Shown here piece by piece: positions 48,233 to 58,828 of a stretch of DNA of 64,000 nucleotides. The position numbers were made by a program, and so were the translations under genes. Under the pieces are notes generated by a model, which searched no databases, was not told the origin of the DNA, and was given only the letters and a program-made list of their open reading frames with translations. This stretch comes from an uncultured Oscillospiraceae bacterium. GTDB taxonomy: Bacteria > Bacillota > Clostridia > Oscillospirales > Oscillospiraceae. The DNA lies in NCBI GenBank assembly GCA_944382965.1, contig CALWOA010000009.1, positions 24,500-88,499 of the forward strand, read 5' to 3'. Position 1 is the first letter of the stretch. Each line of letters begins with the position of its first letter.

Positions 48233-48261
48233 ACTATACCATTGAGTGCTAAAAAAGTCAA
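48233..48261 (-). promoter_or_regulatory. Sigma-A promoter of hrcA-grpE-dnaK-dnaJ, overlapped by a second degenerate CIRCE (48226-48252)
   Basis: Minus strand TTGACT-N17-TATAGT; TAAGCACAC-N9-GAGTGCTAA (16/18 matches) spans the -10 and spacer. Confidence 0.8.
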
Positions 48262-48427
48262 TGGGTGGTTTTTGAATTATTTTTGAACTTTTTCCCCGGG
48301 TTATTCACAATGTATCCGATATCCGCCGTTTCCCCTGGCAGCGACAGGAAAATTATCCGAATATTTACAGTTTGCCCCTTGTTGGCTTTATGGGAATCCG
48401 ATATAATGGAGCCATACATGGAAAGGG

Positions 48428-50428
48428 ATGATTTATTTGGATAACAAGCGTATCTTTACGCCGGAACAGCTGCACTATCTGCGGCTGCTTGCAAATCAAT
48501 ACCCCACCGTCCAGGAGGCGGCCACCGAAGTCATCCGTCTGCAGGCTATACTGAACCTGCCCAAAGGCACGGAGCACTTCATGTCGGACATCCATGGCGA
48601 GCACGAAGCCTTTTTGCATATTCTCAACTCTGCCTCTGGCGAAGTCAAGGAAAAACTGGTGGAACTATTCGGAAATTCCATGACCCAGCGGGACCGCAAC
48701 GATCTGGCCACCCTGATCTACTATCCCGCAGCCAAGCTGGAGCTGGTGGCCAACGAACAGGAGGACCTGGAAGAGTGGTACCGGCTGACCATCCACCGGC
48801 TGGTGGAGCTGTGCCGCTACGTCTCCACCAAGCACACCCGGCGCAAGGTCCGTTCCTTTATGCCGGCAGACTATGAGCTGATAATTGACGAACTGATTCA
48901 TCTGGCGGAGGAAGATGGTTCCCGCCGGGACCAGTATGAGAATATCATCAACACCTCCATCCAGATCGGTCAGGCAGCCAACATCATTCAGGCCATCAGC
49001 GAGGTTATCAAGAATCTGGTAGTGGACAAGCTGCACATTGTAGGCGATATTTTCGACCGGGGCCCCCGGGCGGATATTGTTATGGACTCCCTGGTGGAAA
49101 CCAACAACGTGGACATCCAGTGGGGCAATCACGACGTTTTGTGGATGGGCGCCGCTTCCGGCTCCCGGACACTGGTTGCCACGGTGCTGAGCAACTCCAT
49201 CCGTTACAACAATCTGGACGTAATCGAAACCGGCTACGGCATTTCCCTGCGGCCGCTGAGCATCTTTGCCAACGAAGTCTACCGGGATTGCGACACGAAG
49301 CAGTTCCAGGTCAAGCTCACCGGCTCCGACGCCGACCAGTACACCGAAAAGGACAAACTGCTCTCCGCCCGGATGTACAAGGCCATTACCATTATTCTGT
49401 TCAAGCTGGAAGGCCAGAAGCTGCTGCGCCGCCCGGAATTCGGCATGTCCGACCGGCTGCTGCTGGACAAAATTGATTACAAGGCCAAAACCGTGGTCAT
49501 TGGCGGCAAGGTCTACCCCATGACCGACTGTGATTTCCCCACGGTAGACCCCAACAACCCCTACCAGCTGACGGCGGAGGAAAGCCACGTCATCGATCTG
49601 CTGACGGATTCTTTCCGCCACAGCGAGAAGCTGCAAAAGCATGTCCGTTTCCTATACTCCAAGGGCGGGCTGTACAAGCTGTGCAACGGCAACCTCCTGT
49701 TCCACGGCTGCATCCCCATGACCGAGGACGGGCAGCTGATGAGCTTCACCATCGGCGGCAAAGAGCGCTCCGGACGGGAATTTTTGGACTATGCGGAAAA
49801 AACTGCCCGGAAAGCCTACTACGACAAGCGGGGCAGTGCCGAAGGGCAATTCGGTCAGGACTTCCTGTGGTGGCTCTGGGCCGGACGGAACAGCCCCATC
49901 TTTGGCCGGGACCGAATGACCACCTTCGAGCGCCGCTTTCTCGCCGACGAGGAAACCTGGGCAGAACCGAAAAACCCCTACTACATCCATTACCAGAACC
50001 CCACGGTGTGCGAAATGCTGCTGGCGGAGTTCGGCCTCAGCGGCCCCCACTGCCACATCATCAACGGCCATGTGCCCGTGAAGGTGCGCAAGGGAGAAAG
50101 CCCTATCAAAGGCGGCGGCAAGCTGATCGTCATTGACGGCGGTTTCAGCAAAGCCTACCAGCCCACCTCCGGCATTGCAGGCTACACCCTGATTTTCAAC
50201 TCCCGGCAACTGCGGATTGTCTCCCACCAGCCTTTTGCCGGACGGTACAACGCTCTGCACAAAAATGACGACATTGAAAACGAAAGCCTGGTCTTTGAAA
50301 CCCTGGAAAATCGGATGCGGGTGAGCCAGACCGACGAAGGCGCTGAATTGCAGACCCGGGTGGACGACCTGATGCTGCTGCTGGAAGCCTACCGCTCCGG
50401 TGCCGTCACCGAGAATCACAAGTCCTGA
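48428..50428 (+). CDS. fbp: Fructose-1,6-bisphosphatase class 3 (Firmicute type)
   Basis: NLPKGTEHFMSDIHGE, HIVGDIFDRGP, WGNHD, LLFHGCIP, INGHVPVK, VIDGGFSKAYQ. Confidence 0.96.
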   Translation: MIYLDNKRIFTPEQLHYLRLLANQYPTVQEAATEVIRLQAILNLPKGTEHFMSDIHGEHEAFLHILNSASGEVKEKLVELFGNSMTQRDRNDLATLIYYPAAKLELVANEQEDLEEWYRLTIHRLVELCRYVSTKHTRRKVRSFMPADYELIIDELIHLAEEDGSRRDQYENIINTSIQIGQAANIIQAISEVIKNLVVDKLHIVGDIFDRGPRADIVMDSLVETNNVDIQWGNHDVLWMGAASGSRTLVATVLSNSIRYNNLDVIETGYGISLRPLSIFANEVYRDCDTKQFQVKLTGSDADQYTEKDKLLSARMYKAITIILFKLEGQKLLRRPEFGMSDRLLLDKIDYKAKTVVIGGKVYPMTDCDFPTVDPNNPYQLTAEESHVIDLLTDSFRHSEKLQKHVRFLYSKGGLYKLCNGNLLFHGCIPMTEDGQLMSFTIGGKERSGREFLDYAEKTARKAYYDKRGSAEGQFGQDFLWWLWAGRNSPIFGRDRMTTFERRFLADEETWAEPKNPYYIHYQNPTVCEMLLAEFGLSGPHCHIINGHVPVKVRKGESPIKGGGKLIVIDGGFSKAYQPTSGIAGYTLIFNSRQLRIVSHQPFAGRYNALHKNDDIENESLVFETLENRMRVSQTDEGAELQTRVDDLMLLLEAYRSGAVTENHKS

Positions 50429-50459
50429 GAACGCTCACAGATTTCGCGAAACATATAAA

Positions 50460-50492
50460 AACCGCCATAGGTACGTTATACCTATGGCGGTT
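50460..50492. terminator. Bidirectional terminator between fbp and upp
   Basis: AACCGCCATAGGTA-N5-TACCTATGGCGGTT, a 14-bp perfect stem. Confidence 0.7.
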
Positions 50493-50510
50493 CGTTATTT
50501 TGCTGCGATT

Positions 50511-51140
50511 TTATTTAGTGCCGAAAATCCGGTCGCCGGCATCGCCCAGACCGGGGACAATGTAGGCATGCTCGTTGAGCCGTTCGTCCAGGGCAGCCAG
50601 GTACATTTCCACGTCCGGATGGGCTTCCTGCACGGCCTTGACGCCCTCGGGGCAGCCGATAATGTTCATCATAATGATGTTGCGGCAGCCGTGCTTCTTC
50701 AGGAAATCAATGGCAGCCACGGCGCTGCCGCCGGTAGCCAGCATGGGGTCCACCACAAAGACCACCCGGTTTTCGATATCCTCCGGAAGCTTGCAGTAGT
50801 ATTCCACCGGCTTGTGAGTTTCCGGGTCCCTGTACAGACCGATGTGACCGATTTTGGCAGAGGGAATCAGGGCTACCATATTATCCACCATGCCCAGGCC
50901 CGCCCGCAGCACCGGCACAATAGCCAGCTTCTTACCGGAGAGCATCCGGCATTTGGCGGTGGTGATGGGGGTTTCCACGGTGACTTCCTTGGTGGGCAGA
51001 TTCCGGGTGGCTTCGTAGCACATCAGCCCGGCAATTTCGCCTACCAGTTCCCGGAATTCCTTCACCGGGGTATCCTTGCTGCGCAGAATCGCCAGCTTGT
51101 GCTGGATCAGGGGATGGTCAATCACATGAACGGTTGCCAT
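50511..51140 (-). CDS. upp: Uracil phosphoribosyltransferase
   Basis: [45 protein letters not shown]. Confidence 0.98.
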   Translation of the reverse strand: MATVHVIDHPLIQHKLAILRSKDTPVKEFRELVGEIAGLMCYEATRNLPTKEVTVETPITTAKCRMLSGKKLAIVPVLRAGLGMVDNMVALIPSAKIGHIGLYRDPETHKPVEYYCKLPEDIENRVVFVVDPMLATGGSAVAAIDFLKKHGCRNIIMMNIIGCPEGVKAVQEAHPDVEMYLAALDERLNEHAYIVPGLGDAGDRIFGTK

Positions 51141-51165
51141 TGTCTATCTCTCCTTTGTCGTTTGG

Positions 51166-51870
51166 TTACTGTTTGTTTTCTCGTTCCAGCCGCTCTCGCT
51201 CCGCCTGGCTCAGGCGCAGGTAGTTGGGAACCAGGCTATTTCCATCCCCGGGTTCTCCCGCGGCGATTTTTCTTGCCGCCGCCAGGGCAACGCCGGTGGC
51301 CCGCTGGTGCATCTGATGTTCTTTCGGCAGCACCAGATTGGGGATTTCCGGATGCAATGTGCGGTAGCACAGTTCGCTTCCATCTCCCACCAGGAAAATG
51401 GGGCCGTCCAGGGTTTTCAGTTCCTCTGCCAGGTCGGCAAGGGCGATGGCCCGGTCTTCCCGGAGCCGCTGCAAACTTCCTTCCCGGGCGGAAAACAGGG
51501 CATTATACACCTGACTGCGCCGGGCATCCATGCAGGGGCAGATATACCCCTGGTAGATTCCCAGATGCTCCGCCATAGCTTCCAATGTACTGACGCCGCA
51601 GCAGGGAAGCTGAGCGCCCCAGGCAAAGCCCTTGGCTGCCGCCGTGCCGATGCGCACTCCCGTAAAGGAACCGGGGCCAGCCGCCACCGCTACAGCGGTG
51701 ATATCCGCCACAGTTTTTCCGCACTGCTCCAGCAGCTGCTGGGCCATGACCATCAGGGTCTGGCTATGGGTCAGGCCGGTATTCTGGTAGCTTTCCCCCA
51801 GCAGTTTCCCATCTTCCAAAAGCGCCACAGAGGCAGCCTTGGCGCTGGTTTCAAAGGCTAAGATCCGCAA
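51166..51870 (-). CDS. tsaB: t6A37 biosynthesis protein TsaB
   Basis: TTG start MRILAFETS; GPGSFTGVRIG, DARRSQVY, PNYLRLSQAE. Confidence 0.95.
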   Translation of the reverse strand: MRILAFETSAKAASVALLEDGKLLGESYQNTGLTHSQTLMVMAQQLLEQCGKTVADITAVAVAAGPGSFTGVRIGTAAAKGFAWGAQLPCCGVSTLEAMAEHLGIYQGYICPCMDARRSQVYNALFSAREGSLQRLREDRAIALADLAEELKTLDGPIFLVGDGSELCYRTLHPEIPNLVLPKEHQMHQRATGVALAAARKIAAGEPGDGNSLVPNYLRLSQAERERLERENKQ

Positions 51871-52291
51871 GGAAATCTCCTCCTTCCAGGGTAATCCGCC
51901 GGGCAGTTTCCCCCAGCTTCTCAATGGTAATGGTAACGGCATCTTCCAAAGCGTCGGCTACATTCTCGCTCCATTCCACGGCGCAGATACCGCCCCGCTC
52001 CAGGTAGTCCTCCCAGCCGATGTCCCACAGGTCCTCGGAAGAGCGCAGCCGGTACATATCAAAATGAAACAGGGGCAGCCGTCCGCCTAAGTATTCATTG
52101 ACGATTGTGTAAGTCGGGCTGGTAACCAGTTCGGCGCAGCCCAAGCCCCGGGCCAGTCCCCGGGTGAAGGCGGTTTTTCCCGCCCCCAGATCTCCCCGAT
52201 AGGCCAGAACCGTTCCCGCAGGAAGCAGCTTTCCCAAAGCGGCCCCCAGAGTTTCAGTCTCGGCAGGGGAGTTGGTAATGAATTCCATCAT
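51851..52291 (-). CDS. tsaE: t6A37 biosynthesis ATPase TsaE
   Basis: GDLGAGKT, SPTYTIVNEY, HFDMYR, VEW. Confidence 0.96.
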   Translation of the reverse strand: MMEFITNSPAETETLGAALGKLLPAGTVLAYRGDLGAGKTAFTRGLARGLGCAELVTSPTYTIVNEYLGGRLPLFHFDMYRLRSSEDLWDIGWEDYLERGGICAVEWSENVADALEDAVTITIEKLGETARRITLEGGDFLADLSL

Positions 52292-52301
52292 GTCAGATTC
52301 C

Positions 52302-53363
52302 TCATCCGTGTGCGTGTTTCAGTTTTTCCGCCTGGTCGCTGGCTGCCAGGGCACTGATAATCTCGTCCAGATCCCCGTCCATCACCGAGTCAATCCGGTA
52401 CAGAGTCAGGTTGATCCGGTGGTCAGTGACCCGGCCCTGGGGGAAATTGTAGGTACGGATGCGCTCGTTGCGCATGCCGGTGCCCACCTGGCTGCGGCGC
52501 ATGCCGGTGACTTCGCTTTCCTGGCGGGACGCTTCAATTTCATAGAGCTTACTTGCCAGCATCCGCATACATTTTTCCCGGTTCTGCACCTGGCTGCGTT
52601 CTTCCTGGCAGGCCACCACAATGCCGCTGGGCTTGTGAATCAGCCGGACGGCGGAAGAGGTTTTGTTGACGTGCTGACCACCGGCGCCGCTGGCCCGGTA
52701 GACCTGCATTTCGATGTCCGCCGGATTGATCTGCACATCCACCTCGTCCATTTCCGGCAGCACGGCTACCGTAGCGGTGGAGGTATGGACCCGGCCGCCG
52801 GATTCGGTTTCCGGCACCCGCTGGACCCGGTGCACCCCGGATTCATACTTCAGCCGGGAGTAGGCGCCCTGGCCCACCACCAGGAAGTCCGCTTCCTTCA
52901 CGCCTCCCAGTTCCGTTTCGTTGTAGTTCATCAGCTCGATTTTCCAGCCCATTTTGGCGGCGTACATGGAGTACATCCGCAGCAGGCTGTGGGCAAACAG
53001 GGCGCTTTCCTCGCCGCCAACGCCGCCCCGGATTTCCACAATCACGTTTTTGTCGTCGTTGGGGTCTTTGGGCAGCAGCAGAATTTGCAGTTTATCATAC
53101 AGCTGCTCTTTCTGGGCCTTGGCCTGGGTATAGGTTTCCTGGCACAGCTCTTTCATTTCCGGGTCCGCCATCAGTTCCTGGGCCTCTTCCATATCCTGCT
53201 GGGCCTGGCAGTAGGCCTGGTAGGCTTCCACAATGGGTTCCAGGTCATTTTTCTCCTTAATCAGCCGGGCAGCCTTTTTCGGGTCGGCGTAAAAATCCGG
53301 CTGCTCGGATTTTGCGCAGAGTTCTTCGTATTTGTTGCAAAGATCTTGTAATTTATTCAGCAT
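52302..53363 (-). CDS. prfA: Peptide chain release factor 1
   Basis: GAGGQHVNKT, PxT anticodon PET, RTYNFPQGRVTDHRI. Confidence 0.97.
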   Translation of the reverse strand: MLNKLQDLCNKYEELCAKSEQPDFYADPKKAARLIKEKNDLEPIVEAYQAYCQAQQDMEEAQELMADPEMKELCQETYTQAKAQKEQLYDKLQILLLPKDPNDDKNVIVEIRGGVGGEESALFAHSLLRMYSMYAAKMGWKIELMNYNETELGGVKEADFLVVGQGAYSRLKYESGVHRVQRVPETESGGRVHTSTATVAVLPEMDEVDVQINPADIEMQVYRASGAGGQHVNKTSSAVRLIHKPSGIVVACQEERSQVQNREKCMRMLASKLYEIEASRQESEVTGMRRSQVGTGMRNERIRTYNFPQGRVTDHRINLTLYRIDSVMDGDLDEIISALAASDQAEKLKHAHG

Positions 53364-53471
53364 GCAAAATCTCCATATTGGGAAAACCGGAAAAAAGTTT
53401 CCTCTTTTTCCGGTAGGATTTCCTATTGTTCGACTTTTTTCCAGACATAGCGCCTTCGGTTCGGGGGCATG

Positions 53472-54272
53472 TTAAGCACGACGGTAAACGTTGAGCATAC
53501 AGCTGGCGGTATCCGTCAAATGTTGGGTTTGAGCCAGACGCTGGGCGCCTTCTTTCCCGATGCGAAACACGTGAGGGGTCATGGCCAGCAAATTCTGCAC
53601 CTGAGCGCCTTCCACGGCAAAGGAAAAACGAATGGGGATTGAGGTTATCCGGTCAAATCCCGGCACTTCTGGGATGGTATCTTTTTCCTTGAAATTCAGC
53701 TGGTCATAAATGATGGATTTGAGCCCCAGCAGGTGATCCTGGGCTGCCAGCACCTGGAAGAAGTAGCCGCCGGGTTTTGCAATCCGGTAAAATTCCTCCG
53801 GCATGGTCAGGGCAAACAGACTGGTAATCAAATCCGCGCTGGCATCTTCCACCGGGATGTGGGCGGCGGTGGCGCACAGCCACTGATGGCCCTTGTATTT
53901 TCCGGCGGCAAAGCGTACCGCCTCCTTGGAAATGTCCACACCGGTGAGGGAAAGTCCCAGGGCCTGGGCAAGCCTTACGCAGTAATAGCCTTCCCCACAG
54001 CCCACGTCCAGAACCGTGCCGGAAATTCCCAGCTGCCGGGCGGTTTGGATCAAGGTTTCGGCAATGGGTGCGTAGAATCCGCCGTCCAGAAATTCCCGGC
54101 GGGAAAGTACCTGAAGCCGGGTATCGCCGGGGCAGCGGGAGTGCTTCTGCTCCACACACAAAAGATTCACATAGCCCTGGCGGGCAATGTCAAAACTGTG
54201 ATTTTTCGGGCAGACATAGCGTCTGTCCTGCAAATTCAGGTTTTCACCGCAAATGGGGCAAAGCAAATTCAT
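53472..54272 (-). CDS. rlmA: RlmA-family 23S rRNA m1G methyltransferase
   Basis: N-terminal zinc finger CPIC...CPKNHSFDIARQGYVNLL; SAM motif LDVGCGEGYY. Confidence 0.8.
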   Translation of the reverse strand: MNLLCPICGENLNLQDRRYVCPKNHSFDIARQGYVNLLCVEQKHSRCPGDTRLQVLSRREFLDGGFYAPIAETLIQTARQLGISGTVLDVGCGEGYYCVRLAQALGLSLTGVDISKEAVRFAAGKYKGHQWLCATAAHIPVEDASADLITSLFALTMPEEFYRIAKPGGYFFQVLAAQDHLLGLKSIIYDQLNFKEKDTIPEVPGFDRITSIPIRFSFAVEGAQVQNLLAMTPHVFRIGKEGAQRLAQTQHLTDTASCMLNVYRRA

Positions 54273-54378
54273 AACGCAACCCTCCACCTTTTACTATACC
54301 CTATTTTTCGTTTCTAGTCAAACGAAAGATACAGCTCAAAGGTACAGGAGGGCAAATGCGGGAAAGGAAGGGATTTTC

Positions 54379-55056
54379 ATGCGAAGAATTTTGGCAGTGC
54401 TGCTGTGTCTGCCCTTGCTGGCCATGCCGGTACGGGGTGCGGAAGCCCAGAAATACGTGGCGCTGACCTTTGACGACGGGCCTTCGGGCAGGTTTACCCG
54501 GCAGCTGCTGGACGGGCTGTACGAACGGGGGGCCAAAGCTACCTTTTTCCTCTGCGGTTATCGGATGCAGGAATATCCGGACATTACCCAGCGGATTGTG
54601 GATGAGGGACATGAAATCGGCCTGCATGGATACTCTCATAAAAACATGCAGGATCTGAGCCGACGGGACATTGCCCAGGAGATTTCCCAGACCCAGGATC
54701 TGCTTCCTCAGGGCTGCAAGCCCCTGTTTTTCCGCCCTCCTGGAGGCTGCTGCGCCGACAATGTGCGACAGGTAGCCGAGGTCCGGGATCTGGCCATCCT
54801 CAGCTGGTCGGTAGATCCCAAGGATTGGGCCACCAAGAATACTGCTGCCATTGAAAAAGCGGTACTGGAGCATGTGGGCGACGGGGACATTGTGCTGCTG
54901 CATGATATGTCCGTCAGTTCCGTAAAGGCCGCCCTGGACATTGTGGATATTTTACAGGAAGAGGAGTTTGAACTGGTCACCGTATCGGAGCTGGTGCGTC
55001 TGCGGGGCGCCAAGGTTTTCCCCGGCAAAACCTACACCGCATTCCCTAAGGCATAA
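54379..55056 (+). CDS. Secreted polysaccharide deacetylase (CE4/NodB)
   Basis: Signal peptide; TFDDGP, HGYSH, FRPPGG, DPKDW, LLHD. Confidence 0.92.
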   Translation: MRRILAVLLCLPLLAMPVRGAEAQKYVALTFDDGPSGRFTRQLLDGLYERGAKATFFLCGYRMQEYPDITQRIVDEGHEIGLHGYSHKNMQDLSRRDIAQEISQTQDLLPQGCKPLFFRPPGGCCADNVRQVAEVRDLAILSWSVDPKDWATKNTAAIEKAVLEHVGDGDIVLLHDMSVSSVKAALDIVDILQEEEFELVTVSELVRLRGAKVFPGKTYTAFPKA

Positions 55057-55057
55057 A

Positions 55058-55087
55058 AATGGCGCACCGTTTTTACGGTGCGCCATT
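55058..55087. terminator. Bidirectional terminator
   Basis: AATGGCGCACCGT-TTTT-ACGGTGCGCCATT. Confidence 0.7.
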
Positions 55088-55096
55088 GATTGTCAA

Positions 55097-57289
55097 TTAG
55101 CCAGGCTGATTTTCAAAAGCGGTGATTTCGCTGGCAGCATCCATTTCGTAGTAAGCCAGCAGAATCTTCTCCGCCACAGGAGCCAGATAGGCACCGCCGG
55201 CAACTTTTTCGCCGAAAACAGCCACGGCAAGATCCGGTACGGTTTCATCTGCACGGTGAGAGAAACACACAAATGCGCCATGGTCAGAACCACCGGAAGC
55301 GTGCTGGGCGGTACCGGTCTTGGCATAGACAGTAACCTCGCCTTTCAGCGGCCATACGCCGTCCTCGTCGGCATACTGGTCGCCCCAGCCGCCAAAATAC
55401 TTTCTGGCGGTGCCGGTGTCCTTGGTGATTACCATTTTCATACCTTCTTTGTAGGTTTCAATGGTGGTGGGCATCATTTCCAGCTGGTTGGCAATGACAG
55501 GCTGATTTTCGTACACCAGGGTACGGTAGTCCGAGGAGATAACCCGGCTGAGGAAGGTAGCCTTCATACGGGTGCCGTTGTTGGCCAGGGTGGAGGCATA
55601 GACGCACAGCTGCAAGGGAGTGTAACGATGTTCGCCCTGGCCGATGCCGCCCAGAATACGGTCGCCTGCGCCGAAGGTAACGTTAGCACCAGTGCCGTAC
55701 ACCTCTTTTTTCCGATCCGGGTCGTTGAAATAGCCGGTTTTTTCCGTCAGTTCAATACCCGTAGGAACACCCAGGCCCAGAGCCTTACAAGTCTCTTCCA
55801 CCATTTCCCAGGTACAGCGGTAGCCCAGTTCGTAGAAAAACACGTTGCAGGAGCCGGCGAGCGCCAGTTTGCCGTCGATGATGCCGTGGGTTGCGCCGCC
55901 GCTGGCGGTGTAAAGCAGACAGGTAGGCTTAAATCCCTGGTCGGCATAACGCAGATACACACCGGTATCTTCAATCTCTTCCCCGTAATCCAAAAGGATT
56001 TTGCCGTAGGAGTCCCGGTTTTCCATGGCCGAAATCAGCGTACACATCTTGAAAGTGGAACCGGGGGCGTATTCTGCACCGAAGGCCCGGTTAAAGAAGG
56101 GGTTGCGATCGTCTTCCATGATGGTATTCCAGTCATCATACATGGTAGCCAGATTGTAGGTGGGGTAGCTGGCGCAGGCCAGAATTTCACCGGTCTGGGG
56201 ATTCATGACGATAACGGCAGCACCCTGAGCGTCCCGGCCGGTATTTTCACCTTCCGCGGTGTTGATCTGCGGATCGTTGCGCTTGTGCATGATTTCCGCC
56301 AAGGCCTCTTCCGCCGTTTCCTGAAGCTTGATATCCAAGGTGGTTTCTACGTTGTGACCGGCTACCGGGGTCTTTTCGCCAATCACCTTGTTGTTTTCAT
56401 CATATATGGGGGCATAGTACTGGCGGATGATGGCGCCTTCTCTGTTAACTTCGTCCACACGGGTGCCGTCAATGCCGTGCAGGTATTCCTCAAATGCCTG
56501 CTCGAAGCCCGTCTTACCCACCATGGCGTCCATGGAGTAATTCTGCTCTTTGAATTCTGCCCATTCGGCATCGGTCATACCGCCCAGGTAGCCCAGCACA
56601 TGGGCCGCATACTTGGTGTGGTATTCCCGGACGGTGGAGGATTCGACCATCAGGCCGGGGGTGTTCAACTCCAGCAGGGCCGACAGATGTTCGTCGGAAA
56701 CGTCCTCCATAAAGGTGTAGGTAGGCAGGTTAGTGATACCGCGCAGGTCAAATTCGTACAGAAAGCCAATGACTGCCCGGGCGTCCTGCTCAGACCATTC
56801 TTCGGGAATCTCATAGCGAGACCGCAGTTTCTGTACCAGCAGCGGTGCCGTAATATCCGAATCCAACCCCCGGTCCACCATGTACAGCTGGAAGTTGCTC
56901 TGCCAGGAGCTGTTCAGGGATGTCAGGGTGTACTCAAAAGGCATGGTCTGGGTAACCGGGAAATGATCGTTGTAAGTGACGCCCAGCTCCCGGCACTTCT
57001 GCACCAGCCGGTACAGAGCCTCATTACGGTCAGAGTAGGAATTGATAACGTAGTGGTTGAACACCAGGTCGTAGGACGCACGGTTGCCCACCAGGACATT
57101 ACCGTTGCGGTCCAGAATATCTCCTCGGGCTGCACGAACCGTGGTCAGGGTCGTGTAGACCTGGGTATTGTCGGTATTACCTTTTGTTTCAATGATCTGC
57201 AGGACAAACAGCCGGAAAGCAAACAGCGTCAGCACGAATGCAAACAGGACCAGAAACAGTACGGCACGAAAGCGGCTTATTCTTTCCAT
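55097..57289 (-). CDS. mrdA: Class B penicillin-binding protein (PBP2/MrdA-like)
   Basis: N-terminal TM, RGDILDRNG, SxxK PGSTFK, SCN, KTG; follows mreC-mreD. Confidence 0.85.
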   Translation of the reverse strand: MERISRFRAVLFLVLFAFVLTLFAFRLFVLQIIETKGNTDNTQVYTTLTTVRAARGDILDRNGNVLVGNRASYDLVFNHYVINSYSDRNEALYRLVQKCRELGVTYNDHFPVTQTMPFEYTLTSLNSSWQSNFQLYMVDRGLDSDITAPLLVQKLRSRYEIPEEWSEQDARAVIGFLYEFDLRGITNLPTYTFMEDVSDEHLSALLELNTPGLMVESSTVREYHTKYAAHVLGYLGGMTDAEWAEFKEQNYSMDAMVGKTGFEQAFEEYLHGIDGTRVDEVNREGAIIRQYYAPIYDENNKVIGEKTPVAGHNVETTLDIKLQETAEEALAEIMHKRNDPQINTAEGENTGRDAQGAAVIVMNPQTGEILACASYPTYNLATMYDDWNTIMEDDRNPFFNRAFGAEYAPGSTFKMCTLISAMENRDSYGKILLDYGEEIEDTGVYLRYADQGFKPTCLLYTASGGATHGIIDGKLALAGSCNVFFYELGYRCTWEMVEETCKALGLGVPTGIELTEKTGYFNDPDRKKEVYGTGANVTFGAGDRILGGIGQGEHRYTPLQLCVYASTLANNGTRMKATFLSRVISSDYRTLVYENQPVIANQLEMMPTTIETYKEGMKMVITKDTGTARKYFGGWGDQYADEDGVWPLKGEVTVYAKTGTAQHASGGSDHGAFVCFSHRADETVPDLAVAVFGEKVAGGAYLAPVAEKILLAYYEMDAASEITAFENQPG

Positions 57290-57870
57290 GTAATTCCTCC
57301 AATCGAACCGATTTTATAAACAATCGGGTACAAGGGTATCAGCACCAGGCCGCTGTATACTCCGGTAAGGACGAAGTAAATCAGTCGGCTTGGCAGGGTC
57401 AGGTTGGAAGCAATTCCAACCACAAACAGCCCGATTTCGTAAAACATCAGCGCAATGCCGGAACAAAGCACAATGGAACCTTTGCTCCGGTGCCAGTACA
57501 GCTGCCGCAGCAGAGCCGCCGCCACTCCCAGGAAACTCAGCAGGGCAATCACATAAGCCCCGGGGGCGCTTCCGGAAAAATAGTAGAGGGTAGAGGCAAT
57601 CAGCACGAACAGGCTGCCGGTATCCGTGCCTTCAAGCACCGTTATCAGTAAAATGGCACACACCGCCAGGTCCGTTGTGGCACCGAAGAGCCGAATCCGG
57701 CTCATAATCACATCCTGCACCACCAGGCACAGCACAATGGTCAGGACATACAGTGCCCATTTTGCCAGCTGCAGCCGCTGCTGCACGGTCAAATGAAACG
57801 TTTTGACCCAGGTAGCGGTTTGGGGATCGGGTTTAAATTCTACATTGCGTTTGCGTCGTTTTTTCGCCAT
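57277..57870 (-). CDS. mreD: Rod shape-determining protein MreD-like
   Basis: Hydrophobic ~5-TM protein between mreC and pbp2. Confidence 0.7.
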   Translation of the reverse strand: MAKKRRKRNVEFKPDPQTATWVKTFHLTVQQRLQLAKWALYVLTIVLCLVVQDVIMSRIRLFGATTDLAVCAILLITVLEGTDTGSLFVLIASTLYYFSGSAPGAYVIALLSFLGVAAALLRQLYWHRSKGSIVLCSGIALMFYEIGLFVVGIASNLTLPSRLIYFVLTGVYSGLVLIPLYPIVYKIGSIGGITWKE

Positions 57871-57880
57871 AGTCTACGCC

Positions 57881-58828
57881 TCAGCCAACATTGGTATTGG
57901 GAACTGTGGTTTCCGCAGGCACCGTAGGCGCCGTGGTTTGGGAAGGTGTGGTCTCGCCGGGGGTGGTGGCGGTGGTAGCATCCGGAGGTGTCTGGACCAC
58001 GTCGGTGGTATACTCGGTAATGATGAAAATCTGCTCCAGAGCGTTGATATCCGCCGCTGGGTCCAGCAGAGCAAATTTTGCCACGCCGGTATCTTCAAAG
58101 CCAGCGTCCACCACATAGCCCATAATCAGACCCCGGGGGTACACCGTCGAACCGGAGGTCACCACCTGGTCCTGGTTGCGGATAATGGCGGAGGAGGGCA
58201 GGTAATTCATCTGCAGCAGGGTCTGGTTGTCACTGATATAACCGCCTCGCACCATGCCGTTATAGCCGGAGGTGGAGATGGTTCCGGAAATTTCCAGGGT
58301 GGAGTCCAGTACCGTGGTAACTTCCGCCCAGTTGGTGCCCACAGAGGTAACCAGCCCCACCACTTCGCCGTTGGCGGTGATGGCGCACATGTTTTCCTGA
58401 ATGCCGGCATTGGTTCCCCGGTTGATGGTCAGGGTATTTTCCCAGTCGGTACTGCTCCAGCCGATGATGTAGGCGTCCACACTCTTGTAATCTTCATTGG
58501 TAGCGGTCAGGTTCAGGTAGTCCCGCAGACGCTGGTTCTCACGGGACACAGCGTCAGCCTGACGGGCCACGTCTTCCATCTGGGCAATCCGTTCTTCCAG
58601 CACCTCGTTTTCCGCAGCCAGGGCCTCATAACGGAACATGTAGCCGTAGTATTTTTCCGCAGTGGTGGTCAGTGCCGTTCCGGCGGCCTTGAACGGTGCC
58701 AGCAAGCCCTGTACCACCAGATCCACCACCGTGGTGTTGGTAACGCCGCTGAGGATGGCAAGGCCCGCCGACAGCAGCGCCGCAATGACCAGGATGATTT
58801 TCACCCGGGTACTGAATAAATTTCTCAT
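57881..58828 (-). CDS. mreC: Rod shape-determining protein MreC
   Basis: TM, coiled coil (ENEVLEERI..ENQRLRDYL), TINRGTNAGI, GSTVYPRGLIMG, Thr/Pro-rich tail. Confidence 0.92.
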   Translation of the reverse strand: MRNLFSTRVKIILVIAALLSAGLAILSGVTNTTVVDLVVQGLLAPFKAAGTALTTTAEKYYGYMFRYEALAAENEVLEERIAQMEDVARQADAVSRENQRLRDYLNLTATNEDYKSVDAYIIGWSSTDWENTLTINRGTNAGIQENMCAITANGEVVGLVTSVGTNWAEVTTVLDSTLEISGTISTSGYNGMVRGGYISDNQTLLQMNYLPSSAIIRNQDQVVTSGSTVYPRGLIMGYVVDAGFEDTGVAKFALLDPAADINALEQIFIITEYTTDVVQTPPDATTATTPGETTPSQTTAPTVPAETTVPNTNVG

